NCBI GenBank assembly: GCA_003598135.1
Contig: QZKA01000027.1
Location: 20,788 to 84,787 of the forward strand
Reading direction: 5' to 3'
DNA: 64,000 bases
Origin: Candidatus Omnitrophota bacterium
GTDB lineage: Bacteria > Omnitrophota > Gorgyraeia > Gygaellales > Profunditerraquicolaceae
The notes below the pieces were generated by a model that saw only the letters and a list, made by a program, of their open reading frames with translations, was not told the DNA's origin and ran no database searches. The position numbers and the translations under genes were made by a program. How positions within the stretch are numbered: the first letter of the stretch is position 1; every line of letters starts with the position of its first letter. Shown one piece after another: positions 17,339-28,219 of the stretch.

Positions 17339-17342
17339 AGAG

Positions 17343-17987
17343 ATGAAAATAAAAATCGCAGCTTCAATACTGTCGGCAGATTTCAGCTGTTTGAATGAAG
17401 AGATCAGAAAGGTAGAAAGTGCAGGCGCGGACATGCTGCATATTGACGTCATGGACGGCCATTTTGTTCCTAACATTACCATCGGGCCTATGGTGGTTGA
17501 GGATATCCGTAAATCAACCGCCCTTCCGCTTGATGTGCATTTGATGATTGAGAAGCCACAGGATTTTATCGATGACTTTGTCAAGGCCGGCAGTAACCTT
17601 ATAACCGTGCACATCGAAACGGTTACGGAGAGAAAGGCCAGAGAGATAAAAGAGAGATTGCAGAAGAAGGGTGTGCGGCTGGGTATTTCGCTTAACCCCT
17701 TAACTGCGCTACATACGATTGATAAAACGCTTGCGTTTGTTGATTTCGTGTTAGTGATGTCAGTCAATCCCGGTTTTGGTGGCCAGGAGTTTATCGGGTC
17801 AGTAGTCCCGAAGATTAAAGAGCTGCGTTCGTTTTTTAAAGGCGACATTGCAGTGGATGGCGGCATTAATGAAACGACCGGTAAACAGGTGGTGGCAGCG
17901 GGTGCTTCGATTTTGGCTGCGGGCTCATATATTTTTAAATCAAAAGATTATGCGGATTCAATAAGGAGATTGAAATGTCAGGCGTAA
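17343..17987 (+). CDS. rpe: Ribulose-phosphate 3-epimerase
   Basis: Start reassigned to ATG 17343. SILSADF, HIDVMDGHFVPN, MSVNPGFGGQ and VDGG. Confidence 0.96.
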   Translation: MKIKIAASILSADFSCLNEEIRKVESAGADMLHIDVMDGHFVPNITIGPMVVEDIRKSTALPLDVHLMIEKPQDFIDDFVKAGSNLITVHIETVTERKAREIKERLQKKGVRLGISLNPLTALHTIDKTLAFVDFVLVMSVNPGFGGQEFIGSVVPKIKELRSFFKGDIAVDGGINETTGKQVVAAGASILAAGSYIFKSKDYADSIRRLKCQA

Positions 17988-19390
17988 AGAGAGAGATCAA
18001 GTTCGGGACCGATGGCTGGCGGGGGGTTATCGGCGATAATTTTACTTTTAAGAATGTCGGGAGGGTGGCCAAGGCAGTTGCTGATTATTATAATCTCAAG
18101 GCCCGAGAACATAGCAAGGCCTGCGTCCGCATAGCTGTCGGTTATGATACTCGCTTCTTGTCTGAAAAATTCGCACGCATCGTCAGTGAAGTGCTTGTCC
18201 GGGAAGGTATCAGTGTTATTGTATCTAACCGGTCAATACCCACGCCTACTTTAAGTTTCGCCGTAGAAAAAAGGAAACTCACTGCTGGAATTATGATTAC
18301 TGCCAGCCATAATCCTTGCGAATACAACGGCATTAAGATCAAGACTGCTTCAGGTGGAGCTGCCGGAATAGAGGTTACCTCTGAAGTCGAAAAATTAGTC
18401 GAGAGGCCCAAGAAAGCAGGATGGATAGGTAAGAACGCAAAGATAGAAGAGGCCGATTTTGTCAAAGACTATATCCGGTTCTTAAAGGGCTACATTGATT
18501 TTGAAAGACTGCGCAATATGAAGTTTAGGGTGCTTGTGGATGCGATGCACGGAAGCGGAAACAGCTTTATCGCAGAAATCTTGAAAGGCTCTCGCATAAA
18601 AGTAGAATTCATTCGTTCCGACATCAATCCTTCATTCGGAGGCTTAAGGCCAGAACCGGTCCTTGAGAATCTCGCTCCCACGGTCGCAAGGTTAAAGAAA
18701 GACCGTTTTGACCTTTGTTTGGTTTTAGATGGGGATGCAGATAGGATAGCTGCCTTTGCGGGCAATGGTGAGTTTATTTATCCGCAGAAAATATTGGGTT
18801 TATTGACGTTGCATTTGCGCCAGGACCGTAAGATGTCAGGAGGGGTGGTAAAGACGATAGTTGGCACTAATATGATTGATGCGATTGCCAAAAAATTAGG
18901 TTTGCCGTTATATGAAACACCGGTAGGGTTCAAATATATTTCTGAATTAATGGTAAAAAAAGAGATTCTTGTGGGTGGAGAAGAAGCCGGAGGCATGGGT
19001 TTTAAAGGGTACATTCCTGAAAGGGACGGCAGTCTTGCCGGACTTTTGCTTCTTGAAATGATGGCGTACCGCAAAAAGAATATGCTCGCCATCTTGCGCG
19101 AAATGGAAAAAGAGTTCGGCAGGTATTATTACTGGCGCGATGATTTAAAGCTCAAACAGTCAAAGGTTAATGTTCGTAATTTTAAAAAGATAAAACGGAT
19201 CTTAGGGCAGGATGTTGTTTTAGTCAAAGACTATGACGGAGTGAAATTGATCCGACAAGATACTAGCTGGCTGATGCTTAGGGCTTCAGGCACTGAGCCG
19301 ATTGTCAGGGTCTACGCGGAATCAAAGAGCCAGGCGACTTCCCGAAGGCTGGTTGAATTCGGTAGCAGATTGATTAAAAATGTTTTATAA
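17975..19390 (+). CDS. Phosphoglucomutase/phosphomannomutase
   Basis: FGTDGWRG, ITASHNP, DGDADR, GGEEAGG and RASGTEP. Confidence 0.93.
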   Translation: MSGVKREIKFGTDGWRGVIGDNFTFKNVGRVAKAVADYYNLKAREHSKACVRIAVGYDTRFLSEKFARIVSEVLVREGISVIVSNRSIPTPTLSFAVEKRKLTAGIMITASHNPCEYNGIKIKTASGGAAGIEVTSEVEKLVERPKKAGWIGKNAKIEEADFVKDYIRFLKGYIDFERLRNMKFRVLVDAMHGSGNSFIAEILKGSRIKVEFIRSDINPSFGGLRPEPVLENLAPTVARLKKDRFDLCLVLDGDADRIAAFAGNGEFIYPQKILGLLTLHLRQDRKMSGGVVKTIVGTNMIDAIAKKLGLPLYETPVGFKYISELMVKKEILVGGEEAGGMGFKGYIPERDGSLAGLLLLEMMAYRKKNMLAILREMEKEFGRYYYWRDDLKLKQSKVNVRNFKKIKRILGQDVVLVKDYDGVKLIRQDTSWLMLRASGTEPIVRVYAESKSQATSRRLVEFGSRLIKNVL

Positions 19391-19976
19391 TATAGTAAGA
19401 TTTTTTCTCTTTATTCTCTTGAAGTTGTCATGCAGGATCACTGCAACCGGCAGGGCATATATACCGAGGAAAGGCGGGTTCATCCTGGCAAGCAATCATA
19501 CCAGCTACCTTGATCCCATGGTTCTGGCAGTTACCTGTTTTCGTAGGCTCAATTTTATGGCCAGACATGACCTGTTTATTAATCCGCTGTTTGCTTGGCT
19601 TATTAGGCAGCTCGGCGCTTTTCCGGTGAAACGTAAGACTACAGACTTTTCAGCCTTTAAGGAAGCTATCCGGAGGCTGCGCAGGGGAGAGTCTTTAGTT
19701 ATTTTTCCCGAAGGTACACGCCAGGGCGAAGGGGTTCTCGGCGATCCCGAAAAGGGGGTAGGGCTTTTGGCAGCAAAGCTCAATGTCCCCATTGTTCCCG
19801 TTTTCATACATGGCGCAGAGCGCGTGTTGCCAAAAAATGCACGTTCTCTCAATGCATCGAAAATCTCTGTATATTTCGGCAAACAAATATTTGTAGAAAG
19901 GAGGACGCCTTATCAGGAAACAGCTCAGATGGTTATGGAATCCATCAGGCGCCTTTCATGGTCAGTATCAAAATAG
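19380..19976 (+). CDS. plsC: 1-acyl-sn-glycerol-3-phosphate acyltransferase
   Basis: NHTSYLD (HX4D) and FPEGTR. Confidence 0.92.
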   Translation: MFYNIVRFFLFILLKLSCRITATGRAYIPRKGGFILASNHTSYLDPMVLAVTCFRRLNFMARHDLFINPLFAWLIRQLGAFPVKRKTTDFSAFKEAIRRLRRGESLVIFPEGTRQGEGVLGDPEKGVGLLAAKLNVPIVPVFIHGAERVLPKNARSLNASKISVYFGKQIFVERRTPYQETAQMVMESIRRLSWSVSK

Positions 19977-20821
19977 CCACACACACAGGATTTTGCTCTG
20001 GAGTCAAAAGGGCAGTTCAGTTAGTTCAACAAAGTCTCTCCACGCATAAGGGTAGCGTTTATTCCCTCGGTCCGGTGATACACAATCACCGCGTCATGGA
20101 AATACTTAAGCACAATAAGCTGCGTATTGTCAGTTCTATCGACAATATCAAACCCGGCGCAACGCTTATTCTTCCTTCGCATGGGAGTTCTCATCTTACA
20201 GAATTCAAGGCAAGCCAGAAGCGTTTGAGGCTAGTCAATACCATGTGCCCTTACGTTTCTCTGGTACAGAAGATTTGTGCAAAGCTTAACCGTGACGGCC
20301 TCCAGGTGCTTATTGTAGGAGATAGGGCGCATCCTGAGATTAAGGCGTTGCTTGATATCGTCCCTACTGCGCGGGTAATTACACGCATGAAAGAAGTCAG
20401 GGCGAATATTTTTTCGGGCAAGAGGATAGGGATAATTTCACAAACCACCCAGTCCAGGAGGTTCTTTATAGACGTCGTTAACAGTATCCTTAAAAAAAAT
20501 CAAAAAGTATCGGAAGTCCATATATTCAATACCATATGTTTGGATACGAGTCGTAGGCAAGAGGAGGTGAAAGAATTAGCGGGTTTGGTCGATGTATTGC
20601 TGGTGATTGGTTCTAAGTCCAGTGCTAATACTAAACGGCTTTTGGTAATCGGCCAAGCCATCAATAAAAATAGTTATTTAGTCGAATCAGAACGTTCTCG
20701 ATTCCCCGCCGTTATCAAAAAGGCCCGCCGGGTGGGTGTTATCAGCGGAGCTTCTACGCCCAGCTGGCTTGTTGAAAAGGTGGTAGAGAAACTAAAAAAA
20801 TACGGAGGAAACAAAAAATGA
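19958..20821 (+). CDS. ispH: 4-hydroxy-3-methylbut-2-enyl diphosphate reductase
   Basis: GFCSGVKRA, HN, CP.V, HPE, QTT, TIC, S.N and GASTP. Confidence 0.93.
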   Translation: MVSIKIATHTGFCSGVKRAVQLVQQSLSTHKGSVYSLGPVIHNHRVMEILKHNKLRIVSSIDNIKPGATLILPSHGSSHLTEFKASQKRLRLVNTMCPYVSLVQKICAKLNRDGLQVLIVGDRAHPEIKALLDIVPTARVITRMKEVRANIFSGKRIGIISQTTQSRRFFIDVVNSILKKNQKVSEVHIFNTICLDTSRRQEEVKELAGLVDVLLVIGSKSSANTKRLLVIGQAINKNSYLVESERSRFPAVIKKARRVGVISGASTPSWLVEKVVEKLKKYGGNKK

Positions 20822-22368
20822 GCGAAACTAAAAGTACCCTTGAACAACTGTACAATGAAACTATCAAGATAATAAAAGAAGGCGAGGTGATTAAGGGTAA
20901 GATTGTATCCGTCAGGAATAAAGACGTCATTGTCGACGTGGGTTTTAAATCCGAAGGAGTTGTTACTATCACGGAGTTCAACACAAGCGAACTTCAGGTA
21001 GGTAGAGAGATAGAGTTTTTTGTCGAATCCATAGAGGATGATTCGGGCTCGATAGTTCTTTCCCGGGAGAAGGCAAGCCGCATCCACGGCTGGGGAAGTG
21101 TTATGGACTGCTATAATAAGGGGGACCTTATTGAAGGCAAGCCCATGAAGAAGGTCAAGGGAGGGTTCTTAGTGGATGTGATGGGGATCGAAGGGTTCCT
21201 GCCTTCTTCGCTTTCAGCGTTTAAGAACGTGGCGGACAGGGACATACTCAGCAAGCCCTTTAAGTTTAAGATCATCAAGGTGAATAAGCTTAGGTACAGC
21301 GTGATTCTTTCCCGCAAAGAGGCGGCCATGAAGGAACGGGAAGAAGCAAAGGAAAAAATATGGCAGGACCTAAAAGTAGGGAGTATCTATCCAGGATTAG
21401 TTAAGGCAATAACCGATTTTGGGGCTTTTATTGACTTAGGCGGCGTTGACGGGCTTCTTTACATTACGGATATGTCCTGGTCGAAAATCTCCCATCCTTC
21501 AGAAGTAGTAGCGGTAGGAGACAAAATCGAAGTACTGATATTGAATGTAGATAAGGAATCAGGAAAAATCTCGCTTGGCCTGAAGCAGCGTTTCCCTGAT
21601 CCATGGCAGGATATTGAGACGAAGTATAGCGTAGGCGCTAAAGTAAAAGGAAAAATTGTCAACATTGTCCCCTACGGCATATTCGTCGAAATCGAAAACG
21701 GCATCGAAGGATTGATTCATATCTCTGAGATTTCCTGGACAAAAAAGATTAGCAACCCGGTTGAGCTCTTTGCAATCGGAGACACCATTGAAAGCCATGT
21801 CATCAGCATCGATAAGGATGCCAGAAAAATAGCCCTGAGCATCAAGCAGCTTGAGCAAAATCCATGGCAGGATATCGAGGGCAAATATACCAAAGGCACA
21901 CGGGTGCATGGCAAAGTCAAGGGGTTTACTAAATACGGGGTCTTTGTTGAGCTTGATAATAGTATCGAAGGCATGGTCCATATTTCGGATATTTCTTGGA
22001 CCAAAAGGGTAGTCAACCCCCAGGATATACTTAAGAAAGGGCAGAAAGTAGAAGTGGAGGTTTTGTCAGTTGATGCCCAGAATCAGCGGATTGCGCTTGG
22101 CCTAAAACAACTGCAGACTAATCCGTGGCCTGAGATCGCGCAAAAGTATCCCTTAAACAGCACTGTGGAAGCGGAGGTGTCAAATATTACCGATTTCGGC
22201 GTATTCGTAAAGATCGAAGAAGACCTTGAAGGCTTGATTTTCGCCAATGAGATCAACCAGGAGCAGCTGAAACAATTAAAGCCTCAGGATAAAATCAAGG
22301 CCAAGGTAATCAAGGTTGATACCGAACAGGGCAAAATTGGGTTATCGGCGAAAGTTGAAAACGTATAG
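20818..22368 (+). CDS. rpsA: 30S ribosomal protein S1
   Basis: Tandem S1 domains (DFGAFIDLGGVDGL, GLIHISEISW and others). Confidence 0.96.
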   Translation: MSETKSTLEQLYNETIKIIKEGEVIKGKIVSVRNKDVIVDVGFKSEGVVTITEFNTSELQVGREIEFFVESIEDDSGSIVLSREKASRIHGWGSVMDCYNKGDLIEGKPMKKVKGGFLVDVMGIEGFLPSSLSAFKNVADRDILSKPFKFKIIKVNKLRYSVILSRKEAAMKEREEAKEKIWQDLKVGSIYPGLVKAITDFGAFIDLGGVDGLLYITDMSWSKISHPSEVVAVGDKIEVLILNVDKESGKISLGLKQRFPDPWQDIETKYSVGAKVKGKIVNIVPYGIFVEIENGIEGLIHISEISWTKKISNPVELFAIGDTIESHVISIDKDARKIALSIKQLEQNPWQDIEGKYTKGTRVHGKVKGFTKYGVFVELDNSIEGMVHISDISWTKRVVNPQDILKKGQKVEVEVLSVDAQNQRIALGLKQLQTNPWPEIAQKYPLNSTVEAEVSNITDFGVFVKIEEDLEGLIFANEINQEQLKQLKPQDKIKAKVIKVDTEQGKIGLSAKVENV

Positions 22369-22398
22369 CCTGATTGGGTAACGAAAGAGGGCCTGGCA

Positions 22399-23586
22399 AT
22401 GAAAAGTGCGGAAGAACAGCTTAAGATAATTAAACGCGGGACAGTTGATATTATTTCTGAAGAGGAACTGTCGCAAAAATTGAAGAAATCATTGAGGGAT
22501 AAACGTCCGCTGTGCATCAAAGCTGGTTTTGACCCTACTGCGCCGGATATCCACCTGGGCCATACGGTGCTGCTGAATAAATTGCGGCAGTTCCAGGAAC
22601 TGGGCCATACGGTGTATTTCTTGATAGGAGATTTTACTGCGCGTATCGGTGATCCCTCGGGCCGCACCCAGGTCCGTAAACCCATGGGCAGGGTTGAAAT
22701 AGTCAAGAATGCCCTTACCTACAAAAGGCAGGTCGGCAAGATCCTTGATTTGCGCAAGACCAAGGTCGTCTTTAACAGCCGCTGGTTTGAAAGAATGCGC
22801 CTCGCTGATTTTTTGCGGCTCACTATGAAGGTGACTGTTAGCCAGATGATTGCCCGCCAGGATTTCAAGAAGAGGCTTGAGAATAACCAGGATGTTTCAC
22901 TTCTTGAGTTTATGTACCCTGTGTTGCAGGGGTATGACTCGGTAGTGGTACGCAGCGATATAGAACTAGGCGGGACCGACCAGATTTTTAATTTATTGGT
23001 AGGCAGAGACTTGCAAAAAGATTTTGCGCAGGAGCCCCAGGTAGTCATTACGCTTCCTCTCCTTGAGGGGACCGACGGCCTGCAAAAGATGAGCAAATCA
23101 CTGGGTAATTATATCTCTATCAACGATAAGCCCGGGGAGATATTCGGGAAGATCATGTCTATCCCAGATGAATTAATGCATAAATACTACACCCTCCTGA
23201 CCGATGAAGACCTTGAGCAGATAAAGCGCCAGCATCCAAAAGAGTCAAAAGAAAAGCTAGGAAAGCTTATCGTAAGCAGGTACTATTCTCAAAGGTCAGC
23301 GCAAGCCTGCGCAGAAGAATTTAAGAGGGTATTTACGCAGCGAAGCATTCCCGAAGAAGTAGAGGCCATAACCTTAGACGCAAATACTTCAATACTGCAG
23401 TCAATGAGTGCGGCAAAAGTTGTGAAGAGCAAAAACGAAGGCAGAAGGCTTATCAGGCAGAATGCAGTCGAGTTCGATGGCAAGAAAGTGACTGATGAGA
23501 ACATGCTGATCACCCAGCCGGGAATATTGAAGGTTGGAAGCCGTCAATTTCGTAGAATAGTGATAAAGAAAAAGAGCAGCACTTAG
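22399..23586 (+). CDS. tyrS: Tyrosine-tRNA ligase
   Basis: [23 protein letters not shown] and C-terminal S4-like domain. Confidence 0.97.
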   Translation: MKSAEEQLKIIKRGTVDIISEEELSQKLKKSLRDKRPLCIKAGFDPTAPDIHLGHTVLLNKLRQFQELGHTVYFLIGDFTARIGDPSGRTQVRKPMGRVEIVKNALTYKRQVGKILDLRKTKVVFNSRWFERMRLADFLRLTMKVTVSQMIARQDFKKRLENNQDVSLLEFMYPVLQGYDSVVVRSDIELGGTDQIFNLLVGRDLQKDFAQEPQVVITLPLLEGTDGLQKMSKSLGNYISINDKPGEIFGKIMSIPDELMHKYYTLLTDEDLEQIKRQHPKESKEKLGKLIVSRYYSQRSAQACAEEFKRVFTQRSIPEEVEAITLDANTSILQSMSAAKVVKSKNEGRRLIRQNAVEFDGKKVTDENMLITQPGILKVGSRQFRRIVIKKKSST

Positions 23587-23606
23587 TTTTTTATGAAGGA
23601 GGTTTT

Positions 23607-24557
23607 ATGGGGCGATTCTTGGTAACCGGCGGTGCAGGCTTCATCGGATCGCATATCGTGGAGAGGTTGCTTAAAGAAGGCAATTTTGTAAGGGTTCTTG
23701 ATAATTTCTCAAGCGGTAAAGAAAAGAACCTTGCGTTTACTAATGAGTTGTCAGCTACGAACTACGAACTCATTCGCGCAGATATCCGTGACTTTACAGC
23801 CTGCCAGGACGCCTGTAAAGGTATTGACTATGTACTGCACCAGGCAGCGCTGCGGTCTGTCCCAAAGTCGCTGCTCGATCCTTATGTGTACAACAGTGTG
23901 AATATAGACGGTACGTTGAATATGCTCAGGGCTGCGCATGAGAAAAAAGCGAAGCGGTTTGTCCTTGCTTCCTCAAGTTCGGTATACGGAGATATTGATG
24001 TATTTCCCGAAAAGGAAACCGATTACCCTCAATTGATTTCACCTTATGCGTTAACAAAGCTGGCGGGCGAATATTATTGCCGTATTTTTTCTACGATCTA
24101 CGGCCTTACGACTGTCTCGTTGCGTTATTTCAATGTTTTTGGTCCCCGTCAGGCAGTAGATGATGAATATGCGGTAGTAATCCCAAAATTTATCACCTGC
24201 ATGCTTAAGGGCGAAGAGCCTCCTATTTTTGGAACGGGCAAACAATCGCGTGATTTCACTTATGTTGATAATGTAGCGGAGGCAAACATATTGGCCGCGA
24301 CTACGCCGGGAATACAGTGTGAGGTTTTTAATGTTGCCAACGGCAAGGACCACTCGGTGCTTGAGCTCGTCGATACTATTAACAAAATCCTCAATCTCCG
24401 CATAAAGCCTTTGTTTTTAGATAAACGCCCCGGAGACGTATATAAGACTCTTGCGGACATACGCAGCGTTAGGAAAATACTAGGGTTGCGTATGAAGGTG
24501 GATTTTGTTGAGGGACTGAAAAGAACAATTGAGTACTTTAAAAATGTCTCGGCATAA
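23607..24557 (+). CDS. NAD-dependent epimerase (WbpP-like UDP-GlcNAc/GlcNAcA 4-epimerase)
   Basis: TGGAGFIGS, HQAA..SVP.S, SSSSVYG, YALTK and RYFNVFGPRQ. Confidence 0.85.
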   Translation: MGRFLVTGGAGFIGSHIVERLLKEGNFVRVLDNFSSGKEKNLAFTNELSATNYELIRADIRDFTACQDACKGIDYVLHQAALRSVPKSLLDPYVYNSVNIDGTLNMLRAAHEKKAKRFVLASSSSVYGDIDVFPEKETDYPQLISPYALTKLAGEYYCRIFSTIYGLTTVSLRYFNVFGPRQAVDDEYAVVIPKFITCMLKGEEPPIFGTGKQSRDFTYVDNVAEANILAATTPGIQCEVFNVANGKDHSVLELVDTINKILNLRIKPLFLDKRPGDVYKTLADIRSVRKILGLRMKVDFVEGLKRTIEYFKNVSA

Positions 24558-25950
24558 CTTCGCGATACTTTTAGCTGGCGGGCAGGGAAGCAGGTTCTGG
24601 CCTTTAAGCCGTACCTTAGAACCAAAACAGTTCTTATCGCTACATGTCAATGGGAGCCTTTTTGAGCAGACGGTACTACGAATCCGCCCTCTTATCCCTG
24701 CCGAAAATATTTTTATTGTTACTTCGCAGCTCTACCGATTTCAGGTACTAGAGTATATTGCTGTATTGAAAATCCCCGTGGCCAACGTTATATTCGAGCC
24801 GGAAGCGAAAAATACCTCTGCTTCCATTTGTGCGGGAGTGCAGCTTGTTTATGCCAAAGACCGGTTGGCGAGAGTTTGTGTGTTGCCTTGCGATCACCTC
24901 ATCGGGAAAAAGAAGTGGTTTTTGTCGTTGTTGCAAAAAGCCTTTCGCGTATGCGAAGATTCCCTTGTCGTGTTTGGGATCCCGCCCACAAGGCCGGCAA
25001 CAGGTTACGGCTATATTAAGGCGGCTCGAGAGCCTCTGCACAAGAGCAGGGTAATGGTATACAGGGTAGAAAGGTTTACGGAGAAGCCCGATAGAAAAAC
25101 CGCACAGGGATTTCTAAAAAGCGGCTTATTTTTTTGGAACAGCGGTATCTTTGTGGGCTCAGTCTCGGTATTTTTGAACGAGTTTAAAACACATCTGCCT
25201 GCGCTTTATTCCCAGCTTCGCCGTATTCAACAGGCTCAGGATATTGAGAAGGCCTGGAATAGGGTTCAAGCGGTGTCATTTGATTACGGAGTCCTTGAGA
25301 AATCACGCAATATTCTCATGCTTAAGGCGCAAGGGTTAGGGTGGTCTGACCTAGGCAGCTGGCAGGCCTGGGATGAGCTCCTCAAAAAAGACAGTCAGGG
25401 AAACTCACTCGGCCAGGACGTGATCAGCCTGAAAAACAAAAACCTGACTGTCTTAGGCAAGAATCGCCTTGTTGCCGCTATCGGCCTCGAAGATATAATC
25501 GTAATAGATACACCTGATGCGCTTCTGATTACGAAAAAAGACAGAAGCGAAGAGGTCAAAAAGGTTGTTGATGTTCTTAGGCGCACAAAGAGGCAGGAGC
25601 ATTATTATCACCGCACCGTGAAAAGACCATGGGGAAGCTATACGGTTCTTGATATGGGCAGGGGGTTTAAAATCAAGCTCGTTGAAGTAAAGCCGCGCAG
25701 CGCGTTAAGCCTTCAGTACCATCGTAAGAGAAGCGAGCATTGGGTAGTGGTGGAGGGGCAGGCCAAGATCATAAAAAGAAAAAAAAGCATTTATCTTAAT
25801 GCCAATGAAAGCACCTTTATCCCTTTATCTTGTACTCATCGGATTACTAACCCCAAAGATACCTGGCTTAGGATTGTTGAGGTACAGGCAGGCAGTTATC
25901 TTGAGGAAGACGATATCGTGCGATTAAAAGATTATTTCGGAAGGAGCTAA
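24544..25950 (+). CDS. manC: Mannose-1-phosphate guanylyltransferase / mannose-6-phosphate isomerase
   Basis: LAGG.GSRFWPLSR..PKQF, WNSG, WSDLGSW and cupin RPWGSY...SLQYH...SEHW. Start likely ATG 24544. Confidence 0.93.
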   Translation: MSRHNFAILLAGGQGSRFWPLSRTLEPKQFLSLHVNGSLFEQTVLRIRPLIPAENIFIVTSQLYRFQVLEYIAVLKIPVANVIFEPEAKNTSASICAGVQLVYAKDRLARVCVLPCDHLIGKKKWFLSLLQKAFRVCEDSLVVFGIPPTRPATGYGYIKAAREPLHKSRVMVYRVERFTEKPDRKTAQGFLKSGLFFWNSGIFVGSVSVFLNEFKTHLPALYSQLRRIQQAQDIEKAWNRVQAVSFDYGVLEKSRNILMLKAQGLGWSDLGSWQAWDELLKKDSQGNSLGQDVISLKNKNLTVLGKNRLVAAIGLEDIIVIDTPDALLITKKDRSEEVKKVVDVLRRTKRQEHYYHRTVKRPWGSYTVLDMGRGFKIKLVEVKPRSALSLQYHRKRSEHWVVVEGQAKIIKRKKSIYLNANESTFIPLSCTHRITNPKDTWLRIVEVQAGSYLEEDDIVRLKDYFGRS

Positions 25951-25953
25951 ACG

Positions 25954-27255
25954 ATGCAAAAAATTGCGGTGATAGGGGCCGGTTACGTCGGCCTTGTGAC
26001 TGCGGCCGCTCTTGCGGAAACAGGCAACAAGGTGCTGTGCGTAGACAGCGATACGGAAAAAATAAGAAAACTAAAAAATGGGGCAATTCCCATTTATGAA
26101 CCGGGCCTTGAGAAAATCATTTTAAAAAATAAGAATCTCAAAAGGCTTCTCTTTTCAACCAACATTAAAGAGGCTACCGTATCAGCACAGATTATTTTTA
26201 TATGCGTAGGCACTCCGTCTCGGCATGACGGCAGTGCTGACCTATCGGCCGTACAAAAAGTAGCGCAGGAAATCGCCCGGAACATGAAAGAGTACAAAGT
26301 AATCGTTGAAAAAAGCACGGTTCCCGCAGAGACAGGAGAAAAGATTAAGCATACAATAGAGATGAATAATCCAGGAGGGGTTGCGTTCGATGTAGTCTCA
26401 AACCCGGAATTTTTACGCGAAGGTTCGGCAATGCACGATGCCTTCCATCCGGACAGGATTGTGATCGGGGTAGAGAGCGAGCGTGCAGAGAAAATAATGC
26501 GGCAATTGTACAAACCCTTTAAGGCACCCATTGTTGCTACTAATATTAATACTGCTGAATTGATAAAACACGCCTGTAATTCATTCCTGGCAACCAAAAT
26601 CTCTTTTATCAATGCGATCTCAAACATCTGCGAAAGAGTTAATGCCGATGTGGAAAAAGTAGCGCTCGCTATGGGCCTGGATACGCGTATCGGCAAGGAA
26701 TTCTTACAGGCCGGCATCGGGTTTGGTGGTTCTTGTTTTCCCAAGGATGTAGATGCTTTTATATACCTGGCAGCGCAGAAGGGATACGATTTCGAGCTGC
26801 TTAAAGCCGCCCGTAAGATAAACCAAGAGCGCAAGGACGTGCTTTTAAAAAAAATTGAGGAGGCGCTCTGGATTATCAAAGATAAAACCATTGGCGTCCT
26901 TGGTTTGAGTTTTAAGCCGGACACCGATGATATCCGCTCATCGGTTGCCATTGACATAATAAAGCTTTTGCTTTACGCCGGCGCAAAAGTGAAAGCCTAT
27001 GATCCTAAGGCTATGGAGAAAGCAAGGTCGCAGCTTAAGGGCGTCATATTCTGCGCCAACCCTTATGAGGTTGCCCGCAAGAGCGATTGCGTGGCGATTC
27101 TGACTGAATGGCAGGAATTCAGAGAGTTGGATTTGAAAAAAATCAAAAAACTCTTACGCCAACCGGTAATCATTGACGGGCGAAATATGTTTGAGCCGCA
27201 GCAGATGCATGCAATGGGTTTCGTATATAAAAGCATCGGACGGAGAAGAAAATGA
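25954..27255 (+). CDS. ugd: UDP-glucose 6-dehydrogenase
   Basis: GAGYVGL, KSTVP, SNPEFLREG, GFGGSCFPKD and FKPDTDD.R. Confidence 0.93.
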   Translation: MQKIAVIGAGYVGLVTAAALAETGNKVLCVDSDTEKIRKLKNGAIPIYEPGLEKIILKNKNLKRLLFSTNIKEATVSAQIIFICVGTPSRHDGSADLSAVQKVAQEIARNMKEYKVIVEKSTVPAETGEKIKHTIEMNNPGGVAFDVVSNPEFLREGSAMHDAFHPDRIVIGVESERAEKIMRQLYKPFKAPIVATNINTAELIKHACNSFLATKISFINAISNICERVNADVEKVALAMGLDTRIGKEFLQAGIGFGGSCFPKDVDAFIYLAAQKGYDFELLKAARKINQERKDVLLKKIEEALWIIKDKTIGVLGLSFKPDTDDIRSSVAIDIIKLLLYAGAKVKAYDPKAMEKARSQLKGVIFCANPYEVARKSDCVAILTEWQEFRELDLKKIKKLLRQPVIIDGRNMFEPQQMHAMGFVYKSIGRRRK

Positions 27256-28190
27256 GGCTACTCATTACTGGAGGCTCAGGGTTTATCGGCAGTCATTTGT
27301 GCCGCACGCTGCTTGCGCAGGGAAATACCGTCATTTGCGTGGATAATTTTATTACAGGGGATAGGGACAATATCAAGGATTTAATCGATAATCCTTCTTT
27401 TGTCCTGATAGAGCATGATATTTCAGAGCCCCTGAAAATTTCTGAAAAACTGGACTGGATCCTGCATTTTGCATCTCCTGCTTCGCCGAAAGATTACCTG
27501 AAGCATCCTATCAAAACCTTAAAAGTAGGGACCTTAGGGACACATAATTGTTTGGGAATCTCCAGGCTCCATAATGCCAGGTTTTTCCTGGCATCTACCT
27601 CTGAAGTATACGGCGATCCCGCGATAAGCCCCCAGCCGGAGGAGTATTGGGGTAATGTCAATCCCGTAGGAGTGCGTTCCTGTTACGATGAAGCAAAAAG
27701 GGCAGCCGAGGCATTGACGTCTGCGTATCGTAGGGAACATAATATCGATACCAAAATAGTCAGGATATTCAATACCTACGGCCCTTCGATGCGGCTTGAC
27801 GACGGAAGGGTGGTATCAAATTTTATTTACCAGGCTCTTACAGGAAAGAATCTAACCATATATGGTAAAGGAGACCAGACACGTTCATTTTGCTACATCG
27901 ACGATTTGGTTGAAGGCATACTGAAGTTTTTAGAGGTCGATTACCCGGGTCCTCTGAACCTTGGGACGGAATTTGAATTTACGATACTAGAATTGGCAAA
28001 ACAGGTGATCGAGGTGACAGGGTCAACTTCAAGGGCAACTTTTTTGCCGCTTCCTGAAGATGACCCCAAACAGCGACGGCCTGATCTTTCCAAAGCTAAA
28101 AAATTACTTACGTGGAATCCGCGCATCGGCATCAAAGAAGGGTTAGAGAGGACAATCCCTTATTTTAGAAAAAAATTGGGCAGTTCTTGA
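27252..28190 (+). CDS. UDP-glucuronate decarboxylase (UDP-xylose synthase)
   Basis: ASPASP, STSEVYGDP, EEYWGNVNP.GVRSCYDEAKR, DGRVVSNF and DDPKQRRPD. Confidence 0.92.
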   Translation: MRLLITGGSGFIGSHLCRTLLAQGNTVICVDNFITGDRDNIKDLIDNPSFVLIEHDISEPLKISEKLDWILHFASPASPKDYLKHPIKTLKVGTLGTHNCLGISRLHNARFFLASTSEVYGDPAISPQPEEYWGNVNPVGVRSCYDEAKRAAEALTSAYRREHNIDTKIVRIFNTYGPSMRLDDGRVVSNFIYQALTGKNLTIYGKGDQTRSFCYIDDLVEGILKFLEVDYPGPLNLGTEFEFTILELAKQVIEVTGSTSRATFLPLPEDDPKQRRPDLSKAKKLLTWNPRIGIKEGLERTIPYFRKKLGSS

Positions 28191-28219
28191 TATCGTTTTA
28201 AAACAAAAGAGGCAGGCAA

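Noticed and set aside
26094-26957. 287-aa minus-strand ORF
   Set aside because: Antisense shadow of ugd with no recognisable motifs.
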